NCBI GenBank assembly: GCA_041690595.1
Contig: JAWLHB010000006.1
Coordinates: 62,001 to 126,000 of the forward strand
Origin: Lentisphaeria bacterium
GTDB lineage: Bacteria; Verrucomicrobiota; Lentisphaeria; JABSQK01; JAWLHB01
Length of the DNA stretch: 64,000 bases
Direction: 5' to 3'
In this document: piece by piece, positions 49,459 through 57,899 of the stretch
How positions within the stretch are numbered: position 1 is the stretch's first letter
Layout: each line of letters starts with the position of its first letter
Notes under the pieces: model-generated
Databases searched by the model: none
What the model saw: only the letters and a program-made list of their open reading frames with translations
What the model was told of the DNA's origin: nothing
Made by a program: the position numbers and the translations under genes

Positions 49459-50292
49459 TCAGCCGAGAGAGGACTTGCTGCGCGTGCGCTGCAACTCGTT
49501 CTTAGGGATGCGGCGCTCGATGAAGTCGGAAGAGATGTAGATGCACTCGCGGGCTTCGTCGCAGGTCGTGGTGCCGATGCAGACCATGTCCTGGTCGCGA
49601 ATGGTATTCCAGACGAAGGAGAAACCAACCGGTGGCAGGAGCTTGCCGGCAGCCAGAGGCTTGATGGTGAGGACGGGATGCTTGGCCTCCCGGATGATCC
49701 GCATGACCCAATCCGCCTCAACCTGCATGAGGAAGCCGGCGGCGTTGTAGATCTGGATGTAGGTGGCGATGTCCGCCTCCATTCGATCGGCATAGACGAT
49801 GGCTTCGGGCATGTGCGTGGAGAGGCCGGGTATCATGCCGTAGTCGCGGATCAGGCGGGTATAGAGTTCGAGATCCCGAATCGTCTGCGAACGACGATCG
49901 ATGAGCGCATCGATGACGGCCTGGTGCGGCAGGCAGAAGGTTCCGTTGAGCTCCTTGCACTGGCGGATCGCCGCCTCGGCGGTCACCATCGGATCCCCTT
50001 GCGGATCGACGTTGAAGATGGGGGTCCACATGCGGATGATCGCCTTGCCCGTCTTATCTTCAGCCTGGAGGATGGCATCTTCCAGCTTCTGGTTGGGCGG
50101 TGCCAGAATGGCATCGATGCCATGCTCGAGAAAGGTCTCGATGATGGCGCAGATGCGCTCGCGTGTCTGGAACTCCTTAATGAAGTTGTCCTTGGCCAGA
50201 CTCGTGTGGGAATAGCCGAGAAACCAGTTGGAGCCGATGATCAGGCGCGGCAGGCTGACGCCGCCGACGATGGTGCGTGGAAAGTCCGTCAC
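49459..50292 (-). CDS. Aldo/keto-reductase-like TIM-barrel protein of unknown function
   Basis: PRLIIGSNWFLGYSH, GMIPGLSTH and TIKPLAAGKL resemble the AKR fold. GTG start. Confidence 0.65.
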   Translation of the reverse strand: MTDFPRTIVGGVSLPRLIIGSNWFLGYSHTSLAKDNFIKEFQTRERICAIIETFLEHGIDAILAPPNQKLEDAILQAEDKTGKAIIRMWTPIFNVDPQGDPMVTAEAAIRQCKELNGTFCLPHQAVIDALIDRRSQTIRDLELYTRLIRDYGMIPGLSTHMPEAIVYADRMEADIATYIQIYNAAGFLMQVEADWVMRIIREAKHPVLTIKPLAAGKLLPPVGFSFVWNTIRDQDMVCIGTTTCDEARECIYISSDFIERRIPKNELQRTRSKSSLG

Positions 50293-50319
50293 AGATAAGT
50301 CCCTCGAGTGTGTGCGCGT

Positions 50320-51120
50320 TCAGCGTTCAACGTCATGCAGCTCCCCGCCTCGCTCTTTTGACAAGTCGGCGCCGGCAAAGTTGCCTTCGTCTGGAATAAT
50401 CAGCATGGCGCGCGGGGTGGAATCGATCTTGAGGGTGCCGCTCTCGATGTTCAGATCGAGCAAGTGCCCACCCACCTTCCGCTCATCGTCAAGAAAGTGC
50501 AGATGATAGCCCGGCACATTCAGCCGCGCCATGAAGGGGGGGCAGCGAAAGCCGACCAGCACACCCGAGATCTCGCTGTAGTTGAACTCCGGCTGTTCCC
50601 TGGCAATCTCCACGAGGGGACGATACGGCTTCTCCTGCGCCGGCACGCTGCGCGTGCGGATCGACGCAAATCTGCCGGTGATCTCGATGGCCTGAATCAT
50701 GTTCTGATTCGGCGCCTGTCTGTCGATGAAGGCGTACAATTCCTCAAGCGAAAGAGGTCCGGGTATGGCGACCTGCTGGTCAGCGCCAAAGAAGGTAACG
50801 GCGGCAAAGGGAGTGGTGGTGGAAAGGGGTGGGAGATAGACCTTGCCGTCAGCCCGCACCTGGTAGACGGTGCCCTGGTGGACGACCATTTCGCCATCGA
50901 GGCGATCGAAGGTGCCGATGCCGAAATCACCATATTCGCGAAGCTCCGTGAGAGCGATGTGACCACCGTACACGCCGCCGAGCAGCGCTTCGATCGTCGA
51001 CGTCTGCATCAGCAGTTCCTTGTCGCGGCCACCGCCGGTGCGGCAACCGGAGATTAACAACATTGCCATCAACGGCAGCGACAACGTGAAGAGCGCGCTC
51101 GATCTGGGCATGGCAGCCAC
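50320..51120 (-). CDS. budA: Alpha-acetolactate decarboxylase with a lipoprotein signal
   Basis: QTSTIEALLGGVY, GDFGIGTFDRLDGEM, PFAAVTFF and GYHLHF..GGHLLD (Zn ligands). Lipobox LISGC. Confidence 0.93.
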   Translation of the reverse strand: MAAMPRSSALFTLSLPLMAMLLISGCRTGGGRDKELLMQTSTIEALLGGVYGGHIALTELREYGDFGIGTFDRLDGEMVVHQGTVYQVRADGKVYLPPLSTTTPFAAVTFFGADQQVAIPGPLSLEELYAFIDRQAPNQNMIQAIEITGRFASIRTRSVPAQEKPYRPLVEIAREQPEFNYSEISGVLVGFRCPPFMARLNVPGYHLHFLDDERKVGGHLLDLNIESGTLKIDSTPRAMLIIPDEGNFAGADLSKERGGELHDVER

Positions 51121-51250
51121 TCCCGTATAGTGTTTTGAAGTGAGGTTAAGCTACTTGTCTGCCGGCCCGCATGCAACCGAGCTGCTGGAAAGTTGCAATT
51201 ATGCTTGTTGTCGCGGTTGCGGTGACGGCTTTTGCTGATAAAGTTCCCGG

Positions 51251-52387
51251 ATGCAAAATTCACGAACATTAGCGCCTTTGCCACTTCCATGGTCTCCCGA
51301 CCTGGCCGAAGATCCTTTGGAGAACGGCTGGACTTACGATCCACCCAGCGTCGCCCCAAGTACCGGCATGTGGCTGCAGCCGATCCCTGGCCGCCGTCGC
51401 GGACTCGTTGCCGCCAGCAATGGCAAATGGGTGACGCCGCAGGTCGCCACCGAACCCTACCACTACTATCGCGCCACCTTTCAGGCGACGGCCGATGCCT
51501 ACGGCTATTTTGCCGCCAAACACTTTCGCACCCCTGAAGAGCAGCTGATAGCGGATCACTACGAGATGCTCGGTCAGAGCGAGGATTGGCAGGAGGTGTC
51601 GTTGTACTTCCGCTGCCCGCCGGAGACGATGGCCAGTATCATCTCCTGGGAACCTGCAAAGGATGCTGCCCTGCGCATCAGCGACATCAGTATCGAGCCA
51701 GTGAAGGCTCCCGAGGTCGCCGCTCTCCTTCGTCGCTCGTGGCAACAACTGGAACAGATGAACTTCACGCCTCCCCAAGATCGGTGGGACGCGATGCCGC
51801 GGCTTCGCGAGAAGCTGGAGAAAGGCGAGACTGTGCGCATGGTCATGCTCGGCGACAGCATCGTCAACGATATCAGCAACTCCCTTTATGAGACGGTGAT
51901 CGAGGAACGCTATCCGGGCAGCCGCCTGGAGATCGCCACCTCAGTGCGCGGCTCGACCGGCTGCACCTACTATCAGAAGCCGGAGCACCTGCACGAACAC
52001 GTGCTGCGTCATTCGCCCGATCTGCTGATCGTTGGCGGCATCAGCAACAGAAACGATATCGACGCCATCCGCGCCGTGGTCCGGCAGACCCAAGCCGGAT
52101 GTCCTGCCGAGATCCTGCTGATGTCGGAGGCCTTCGGAGCGGTCGACCACCGCTACGCTCCCGCCTGGCGGCGTTTCGAAACGCCCCCAAACAGCTTCCG
52201 CGACAACCTTCGCCGGCTCGCCCGGGAAACCGGCAGCGCCTTCCTTGACATGGCCGGCTGCATCGGCTGCTATTGCGCCGACAACGAGATCGAAGACTGG
52301 CGCATTCTCAAGCGGGACAGGGTGCACGCCAACCGCCTTGGAAGGGTGGTGGCCGCTCGCTACCTGGACCTCTTCTTCGCCCCCTGA
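51251..52387 (+). CDS. SGNH/GDSL hydrolase with an N-terminal carbohydrate-binding-like domain
   Basis: MLGDSI (block I), SPDLLIVGG and DRVHAN (DxxH). Confidence 0.8.
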   Translation: MQNSRTLAPLPLPWSPDLAEDPLENGWTYDPPSVAPSTGMWLQPIPGRRRGLVAASNGKWVTPQVATEPYHYYRATFQATADAYGYFAAKHFRTPEEQLIADHYEMLGQSEDWQEVSLYFRCPPETMASIISWEPAKDAALRISDISIEPVKAPEVAALLRRSWQQLEQMNFTPPQDRWDAMPRLREKLEKGETVRMVMLGDSIVNDISNSLYETVIEERYPGSRLEIATSVRGSTGCTYYQKPEHLHEHVLRHSPDLLIVGGISNRNDIDAIRAVVRQTQAGCPAEILLMSEAFGAVDHRYAPAWRRFETPPNSFRDNLRRLARETGSAFLDMAGCIGCYCADNEIEDWRILKRDRVHANRLGRVVAARYLDLFFAP

Positions 52388-52450
52388 GCAGAGCCGCCGG
52401 CGAAACCGGCGAAACCATGGCATTTGATCTGGGGGTAGTGGGATGTATAG

Positions 52451-53266
52451 TTGCTGAAGGCGTTGACCAACCTTCAGCCGTGGGTGTATGTGAAGAATAC
52501 CGCAGTCGTCATACCGTGCTACAACGAGGAAGAGCGCCTGGATCGTGAGGCAATCGTTGGCTTCAGTCGGACTCATCCACATATCCGTCTGTTGCTGATG
52601 GATGATGGGTCGACGGATCGAACGGGGGAGATACTGGAGGCACTGTCAGCCGAGGCGCCGGAGGTGCTGGTGGCACATCGGCTGCCGAAGAACGCGGGAA
52701 AGGCGATGGCCGTTCGCGCGGGGATTCAGCATCTGCTGCGGGACCAGTCGCATGAACTCGTCGGCTACTGGGACGCGGATCTGGCGACGCCGCTGGAGGA
52801 GATTCCACGCTTCATCGCGGAGTTGGAAGCGAACGAGAAGCTGAAGCTGATCATGGGGTGCCGCCTGAAACGGCTTGGCGCCACGGTGGAACGGTCGATG
52901 CATCGCCATTATCTTGGGCGAATCTTCGCGACGGCCGCCAGCATGACGTTACGCCTCCCAGTCTACGACACGCAGTGCGGAGCCAAGTTGATGCGCCGCG
53001 AGCTGGCGGCGGCGGTTTTCGCGGAACCCTTTCACACCCGCTGGTACTTCGACGTGGAAATGCTGGCGCGGGTTATCGGCCAGCACGGCCACGCGGGGGC
53101 ACTCGAACACGTCTACGAGTTGCCGCTGACGTCATGGATCGATCGCGGCGATTCGCGATTGGGTCTCCAGGATTGCCTGCGGGCCCCACTCGAATTGTGG
53201 AAGATCGCCCGGCGCTACCGTGACACACTGGGGCGTCACGGCAGCGCCATCGAACAACTCGGCTGA
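52451..53266 (+). CDS. Glycosyltransferase family 2 (dolichyl-phosphate glucosyltransferase-like); the start may be the GTG at about 52490
   Basis: VIPCYNEEERL, DDGSTD, NAGKA, DADLATP, DTQCGAK and FDVE. Confidence 0.93.
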   Translation: MLKALTNLQPWVYVKNTAVVIPCYNEEERLDREAIVGFSRTHPHIRLLLMDDGSTDRTGEILEALSAEAPEVLVAHRLPKNAGKAMAVRAGIQHLLRDQSHELVGYWDADLATPLEEIPRFIAELEANEKLKLIMGCRLKRLGATVERSMHRHYLGRIFATAASMTLRLPVYDTQCGAKLMRRELAAAVFAEPFHTRWYFDVEMLARVIGQHGHAGALEHVYELPLTSWIDRGDSRLGLQDCLRAPLELWKIARRYRDTLGRHGSAIEQLG

Positions 53267-53267
53267 A

Positions 53268-55613
53268 TCAGAGAACAGCGTCGGGACCGACAGGGAGCAC
53301 CTCGTCCAGCTCGTTGCTGAGCGCCTCGGGCATCACAATCACATCCCAGGTGATCGGACGGAAGCCATTGGGCTCCAGGAGAATGCAGCGACAGGCGATG
53401 GCACTGCCATCGGCAAGAGACTTGCGGCTGCTCTCGTTCCAGATCGGGACGTGCACGGTGACATCATGGCCGGGGGCGCAGGTAACATGCACATCACGCC
53501 ATTCGCGCATCATGCCCATGTAGCGCCCGCCGCCGCTCATCATGGTGCGAAGCGTGCACTCCTTGAGGTCGATGGCATTGTACCCGTTGTGCAGGTCGAA
53601 GGTGATCTCCTCATCGCCGGGGCGCCAGATGGCCTTTCGGGGAAACTGAACGGGGCTGAAGAGGACGCGAAGCGCCCAGAAGGCAGGCTTGGGCAGGAGG
53701 TCGGCCGTGACGACGCCCCAGTCGGCATCCTCACCCCAGCGAGTCCATCCCCAGGGATTGTTCCCTGTGCCTGAGCAGAGCCACGGGAAGTAGGCGCCGC
53801 CAAGGCAGGTCGGGTCATCCCGCATGTAACCCCACTCGTGGGCCAGACGCTGATAGAAGACTTCAAGCGTATTCTTGCCGCTGAGAGGATCTTCCGGAGT
53901 ATCCGTGATGATGGAGGCATACGGGGCATGAAGGAGGTCCGGGATCATGTTCATGATGCCGTACTCGGAGCTGAACCAGACGCCGCTCCAGCCGCGCTCG
54001 ATGGCCTCTTCGCGGGTGACGGTCTCCATATCGGCTTCCCAGCTGCGTGGGTTGGTAAGCTTGCCGGTTTCGGCAATCTCCCTGGCCAGATTGAAGCTGT
54101 AATGGGTGTCGGCGATATCGCCCACGCGCACCTCGAAGATGCCCTTGATCTTGTTGGCCGGACCGGGAGGCGGAAACATCGTCGGGCGCGTCGGGTCGAG
54201 CCGCTTGACGAAGCGGTCGTAGATGCGCATGTGATTCCAACCCTGATCGGCTACCTTCGCGTCCTGGGGCATGTTTTCGTTGCCGACACTCCAGACCATG
54301 ATGGAGCAGCAATGACGATCCCGTCGGACGCTCCCTTCCAGGCGCTGCATGGCCGGACCGACCCACTCCGGGTCATGGATATAGTTGGTGCCCCAGTCGA
54401 TCGGCAGTTCCTGCATGAGGTAGATGCCGAGTTCATCGCAGAGTTCGGCCAGCGCGGGCGGTCCGAGGAAGTGGGTACGAATCGCATTGACGTTCGCCTT
54501 CTTCATCAGCGTCAGGCACTCACGCAGCCAGGGCTTCGGCGTATACATCCCATGTTCGGGATGGTAGGTCAGATGATTGACGCCGCGGAACTTGACGGGC
54601 CGGTCGTTGAGCCAAGCGCGCTCGTCTCTCAGCTCGAACTTGCGAAAGCCCGTGCGCCAGGAGATTTCCTGACTGCAGCCGGCGCAGTCGAGAGCGAGCG
54701 TGACCTTGTAGAGTGCCGGAATCTCGGCGTTCCACAGATTGACGGGGGCAAGACCAACGGCAATGTCAACATCGGCGGCAGCGCCCGCGTCGAGCTGGAT
54801 GTCGGCGCACGCGGAGGCGGCGCCCGTGCCACCGATCTCGGCCAGGGTGATCCGCACTTGACCGCTGACCGGACCGCGGCCATGGTTGCGAAGCTTGACG
54901 GAGCCGCTGACGCAACCCGACTTCAGGTCATCCTCGACCTTGCTGATCAGGTGGTAGTCGGCAATCTGGACAGGCTCGGTCGCGTGGAAGAAGGCATCCT
55001 GAGCGAGGCCGGTAAACTCGAGGGCATGGCGGGGCATGTCCATCTTGACAAACTTATGAGTCCGCAGGAGGCGGACGGCAACCAGAGCCTGTTGGCCGGG
55101 AGCGACGAGATCCGTCACGTCCCACTCGATCGGGGTAAGGCCGCTGGTCTGCTCGCCGAGTTTGCGCCCGTTGCAGTAGACAATGCCGGCCGGATAGATG
55201 GCGTTGAAGCGGAGGTAGATGCGCTTGCCCTTCCAGGAGGTGGGCAGGGTGACGAGGCGGCGAATCACGGCGCCATCTTCGGGATCGATATGCGTCATGG
55301 AGACGCGATTCCAGTTCTTGACGGTCGCGGGATTCTCCTCGGGATCGCCATAGAAGACGATGCCAGGCTGGGCCAGGCGCGGCCAGGCGCTGTCGTTGGT
55401 GTCGACGGCGCAAAGCGCGTCAATCGACTGCTTGAACGGCCAGCGGGAAACGGACCATTCACCGTTGAGGGAGAGCTGAGTCTCCGCGCCGGCGAGGGGG
55501 GGCACCATGCGAACTGGCGTAAGCGGCGTGCTGCTGCCATCTTCAAAGGTAGTGATAGTCGCGGTCGTCAGAGAAAGCTGTTGCTCAATGAGCTTGTCAC
55601 CATCGATGATCAT
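53268..55613 (-). CDS. Glycoside hydrolase family 2 (beta-galactosidase/glucuronidase-like), no signal peptide
   Basis: SLNGEW, IYLRFNAI, LWNAEIPALY, GFRKFE, FRGVNH, WSVGNE (acid/base) and SEYG (nucleophile). Confidence 0.9.
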   Translation of the reverse strand: MIIDGDKLIEQQLSLTTATITTFEDGSSTPLTPVRMVPPLAGAETQLSLNGEWSVSRWPFKQSIDALCAVDTNDSAWPRLAQPGIVFYGDPEENPATVKNWNRVSMTHIDPEDGAVIRRLVTLPTSWKGKRIYLRFNAIYPAGIVYCNGRKLGEQTSGLTPIEWDVTDLVAPGQQALVAVRLLRTHKFVKMDMPRHALEFTGLAQDAFFHATEPVQIADYHLISKVEDDLKSGCVSGSVKLRNHGRGPVSGQVRITLAEIGGTGAASACADIQLDAGAAADVDIAVGLAPVNLWNAEIPALYKVTLALDCAGCSQEISWRTGFRKFELRDERAWLNDRPVKFRGVNHLTYHPEHGMYTPKPWLRECLTLMKKANVNAIRTHFLGPPALAELCDELGIYLMQELPIDWGTNYIHDPEWVGPAMQRLEGSVRRDRHCCSIMVWSVGNENMPQDAKVADQGWNHMRIYDRFVKRLDPTRPTMFPPPGPANKIKGIFEVRVGDIADTHYSFNLAREIAETGKLTNPRSWEADMETVTREEAIERGWSGVWFSSEYGIMNMIPDLLHAPYASIITDTPEDPLSGKNTLEVFYQRLAHEWGYMRDDPTCLGGAYFPWLCSGTGNNPWGWTRWGEDADWGVVTADLLPKPAFWALRVLFSPVQFPRKAIWRPGDEEITFDLHNGYNAIDLKECTLRTMMSGGGRYMGMMREWRDVHVTCAPGHDVTVHVPIWNESSRKSLADGSAIACRCILLEPNGFRPITWDVIVMPEALSNELDEVLPVGPDAVL

Positions 55614-55681
55614 ACGGTCACCCCCATACTGGTTGTAGAAAACGAGACTGGTCAGCCCATAGATTAGGCGACGCAGCGACG

Positions 55682-55697
55682 AAATCAACTTTGATTT
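55682..55697. promoter_or_regulatory. AT-rich inverted repeat AAATCAA-CT-TTGATTT, a candidate operator
   Basis: Perfect 7-bp arms with a 2-bp spacer, about 70 bp upstream of the GH2 start. Confidence 0.4.
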
Positions 55698-55734
55698 GCT
55701 ATTGCTGGAAGAAAAACCAGGAACGCAACGAGGA

Positions 55735-56721
55735 TCAGGGGCGGCGGGAGATGCGGGTGCCGGTTTGCCGGGGCTGCCGCCGATAAGCATCACAGATGAC
55801 GGAGAGGGCCTGCCAACCGTCTTCAACAGTGCAGGCCAACTCGTGATGGCCCTGGATGGCGCCAACAAGATGGGCAATCTCTTCCTTGAAGCCGCTGCTT
55901 ACTGGAACCCGAAGGATCTGCCACTGGTCGTCGGAGGTGGTGCGATGGCGGATCCGGTCCGGTTCGGTATAGTCGTAGGTAAGGCGTCCTTTCGTGCCGA
56001 CGATGTCGAGGATGGCGAGGCCGGTGCCCGCGACAAAGGAGGACTGGAGGCTGCCGATGGCGCCGGTGGCGGCTTTGAGGGAGAGGATGCCTGCGTCCTC
56101 CACATCCGTAGTTTTGAGGTGGCGGTGCATGACCGCATGCTGCTGAACGATGTCACCGACGAGATAACGAAAGAGGTCGACGGAATGGGAGGAGGTATCG
56201 ATAAGGCAGCCGCCGCCGGCAACGGCCTTGCGGGTGAACCAGCGGTCTTCCATGTAGAACATCGGGCCGCAGAAGGTGTTGTTGAAGAAGACAACATCAC
56301 CGATGACGCCGCCGCGGAGCAGATCGCGAACGGCGACGATGGCGGGCATGAAGCGGTGCCTGAAAGCAGGCATGAGCAGTGCATCGCTCTCGTGTGCCGC
56401 CTGGCGAATGCGATTGCCGGCTTCGAGGTCGTTGGCGAGCGGCTTCTCGCACAGGGCGTGCACGCCATGCCGCAGAGCATGAATGGCGGCCTCTTCGTGC
56501 ACGGCCGGAGGTGTGCAGATGCTGACCATCCGCACATCCTCGCGCTCGATCAGGCTGCTGAAATCGCGGCAGACAGTCGCTCCGATATCGGCAGCCAGCG
56601 CGTTGGCAGCATCAGGATTGCTGTCCGTGACGGCAACAACCTTGACGTTGTTGGCCATATAGGCATTGAGATGAGAGCGGGCGACGCCGCCGCATCCGAT
56701 GATTCCAGCTTGTACGACCAT
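55735..56721 (-). CDS. Gfo/Idh/MocA family oxidoreductase
   Basis: GIIGCGGVA, ICTPPAVH, LCEKPLA and GGGCLIDTSSHSVD. Confidence 0.95.
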   Translation of the reverse strand: MVVQAGIIGCGGVARSHLNAYMANNVKVVAVTDSNPDAANALAADIGATVCRDFSSLIEREDVRMVSICTPPAVHEEAAIHALRHGVHALCEKPLANDLEAGNRIRQAAHESDALLMPAFRHRFMPAIVAVRDLLRGGVIGDVVFFNNTFCGPMFYMEDRWFTRKAVAGGGCLIDTSSHSVDLFRYLVGDIVQQHAVMHRHLKTTDVEDAGILSLKAATGAIGSLQSSFVAGTGLAILDIVGTKGRLTYDYTEPDRIRHRTTSDDQWQILRVPVSSGFKEEIAHLVGAIQGHHELACTVEDGWQALSVICDAYRRQPRQTGTRISRRP

Positions 56722-56894
56722 AAGCGAAGCCCCTCCAGTAAGCGGGAGAGGATCCTACCACCATAGAGGCACAGCGTCAAGCAGCAACGGCGCGTAAAAT
56801 GCGCAAGATTGCCCGCCGCACTTCCAAGACGGCGGTCAGACACGTATACTACAAGGCACTTGAACGCCCTCACCCCCCTTCAGGAGATTCCGGC

Positions 56895-57899
56895 ATGTCC
56901 CCCACCATCAAGACCACCGTAGTCGGTAGCTACCCGCTGCCGGACTGGCTGCTGGCGGCACCCAGTGAACAGGCCCTTGAAGATGCGACCATGGTGGTCC
57001 TGAAGACACAGGAGCTGGCCGGTATCGACCTCATTGCCGACGGCGAACTTTACCGCTTCGACGTGAGCCACCCGGAGACAAATGGGATGATCGACTACTT
57101 TGTGCGCCCCCTGGCGGGAGTGCGGACGGCGATCACCCGGGCGGATCTGAAGGCGTTCGAGAACAAGGCGGGCATGGCTTTTCGCAGCCGGCCGGCGGGG
57201 GTGATAGAAGGACAGATCGGCGAAGGCTGCCTGGATCTGGTGAGCGCCTACCGGCGGGTACGACGTCTGACGGACCGGCCGCTGAAGTTCACCATCACCA
57301 GTCCCTACATGCTGGCGCGTACCCTGATGGATACCCATTACGGCGATCTGGAGCGGGTGACGCTGGCCCTGGCGGAGGTGCTGGCATGCCAGGTGCGCGA
57401 GATCGATGCCGAGGTGATTCAGATCGACGAAGCCAACATCACGGGCAAGGCGGAAGACGGCTTCTGGGTGGCGCCGACGCTCAATCGTATCCTCTACGAA
57501 GTTCAGAAGATCCCGGCACTGCACCTGTGCTTCGGCAACTATGGCGGACAGAGCATCCAGCAGGGGACATGGGAGCAGCTGATTGGCTTCCTGAATTGCC
57601 TGCACATCGACCATGTTGTGGCGGAGATGGCCTTTCGGGGGGACGACGAGCTACCGGCTTTCCGAGATCTGCGACCGGAAGTGAAGCTGGGGCTGGGGGT
57701 GATCGACGTGAAGCGGACGGTCGTGGAGACGCCTGAAGAGATCGCCCGCACTCTCGAAAAGGCGACGCAGGTACTGGGTGCGGAGCGGATCAGCTACATT
57801 CACCCGGACTGCGGCTTCTGGATGCTCAAGCGGTCGATCGCCGACGCCAAGATGCGTGCCTTGGTGAAGGGGCGGGATCTTTTCGAGGGGAGAGGATGA
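56895..57899 (+). CDS. Cobalamin-independent methionine synthase family, catalytic (core) domain only
   Basis: TTVVGSYPLPDWL, IQIDE, HLCFGN (HxC Zn ligands), GLGVIDVK and HPDCGF. About 334 aa, lacking the N-terminal half of MetE. Confidence 0.88.
   Translation: MSPTIKTTVVGSYPLPDWLLAAPSEQALEDATMVVLKTQELAGIDLIADGELYRFDVSHPETNGMIDYFVRPLAGVRTAITRADLKAFENKAGMAFRSRPAGVIEGQIGEGCLDLVSAYRRVRRLTDRPLKFTITSPYMLARTLMDTHYGDLERVTLALAEVLACQVREIDAEVIQIDEANITGKAEDGFWVAPTLNRILYEVQKIPALHLCFGNYGGQSIQQGTWEQLIGFLNCLHIDHVVAEMAFRGDDELPAFRDLRPEVKLGLGVIDVKRTVVETPEEIARTLEKATQVLGAERISYIHPDCGFWMLKRSIADAKMRALVKGRDLFEGRG

Noticed and set aside
34948..50292. Selenocysteine read-through or programmed frameshifts in the redox operon
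   Set aside because: The TGA stops coincide with ATGA/TGATG start overlaps and each ORF has its own N-terminal signal or domain start. No in-frame TGA interrupts a Cys motif.
55614..55877. N-terminal extension of the GH2 ORF given in the ORF track
   Set aside because: It overlaps the upstream oxidoreductase gene. The ATG at 55613, preceded by a GGGGGTG RBS-like sequence, is the more plausible start.
56722..56894. Possible SAM or cobalamin riboswitch upstream of the MetE-like gene
   Set aside because: I saw only a short hairpin (CCGCCG/CGGCGG) and a TATACT -10-like hexamer, with no recognisable riboswitch consensus. An Rfam scan would be needed to exclude one fully.
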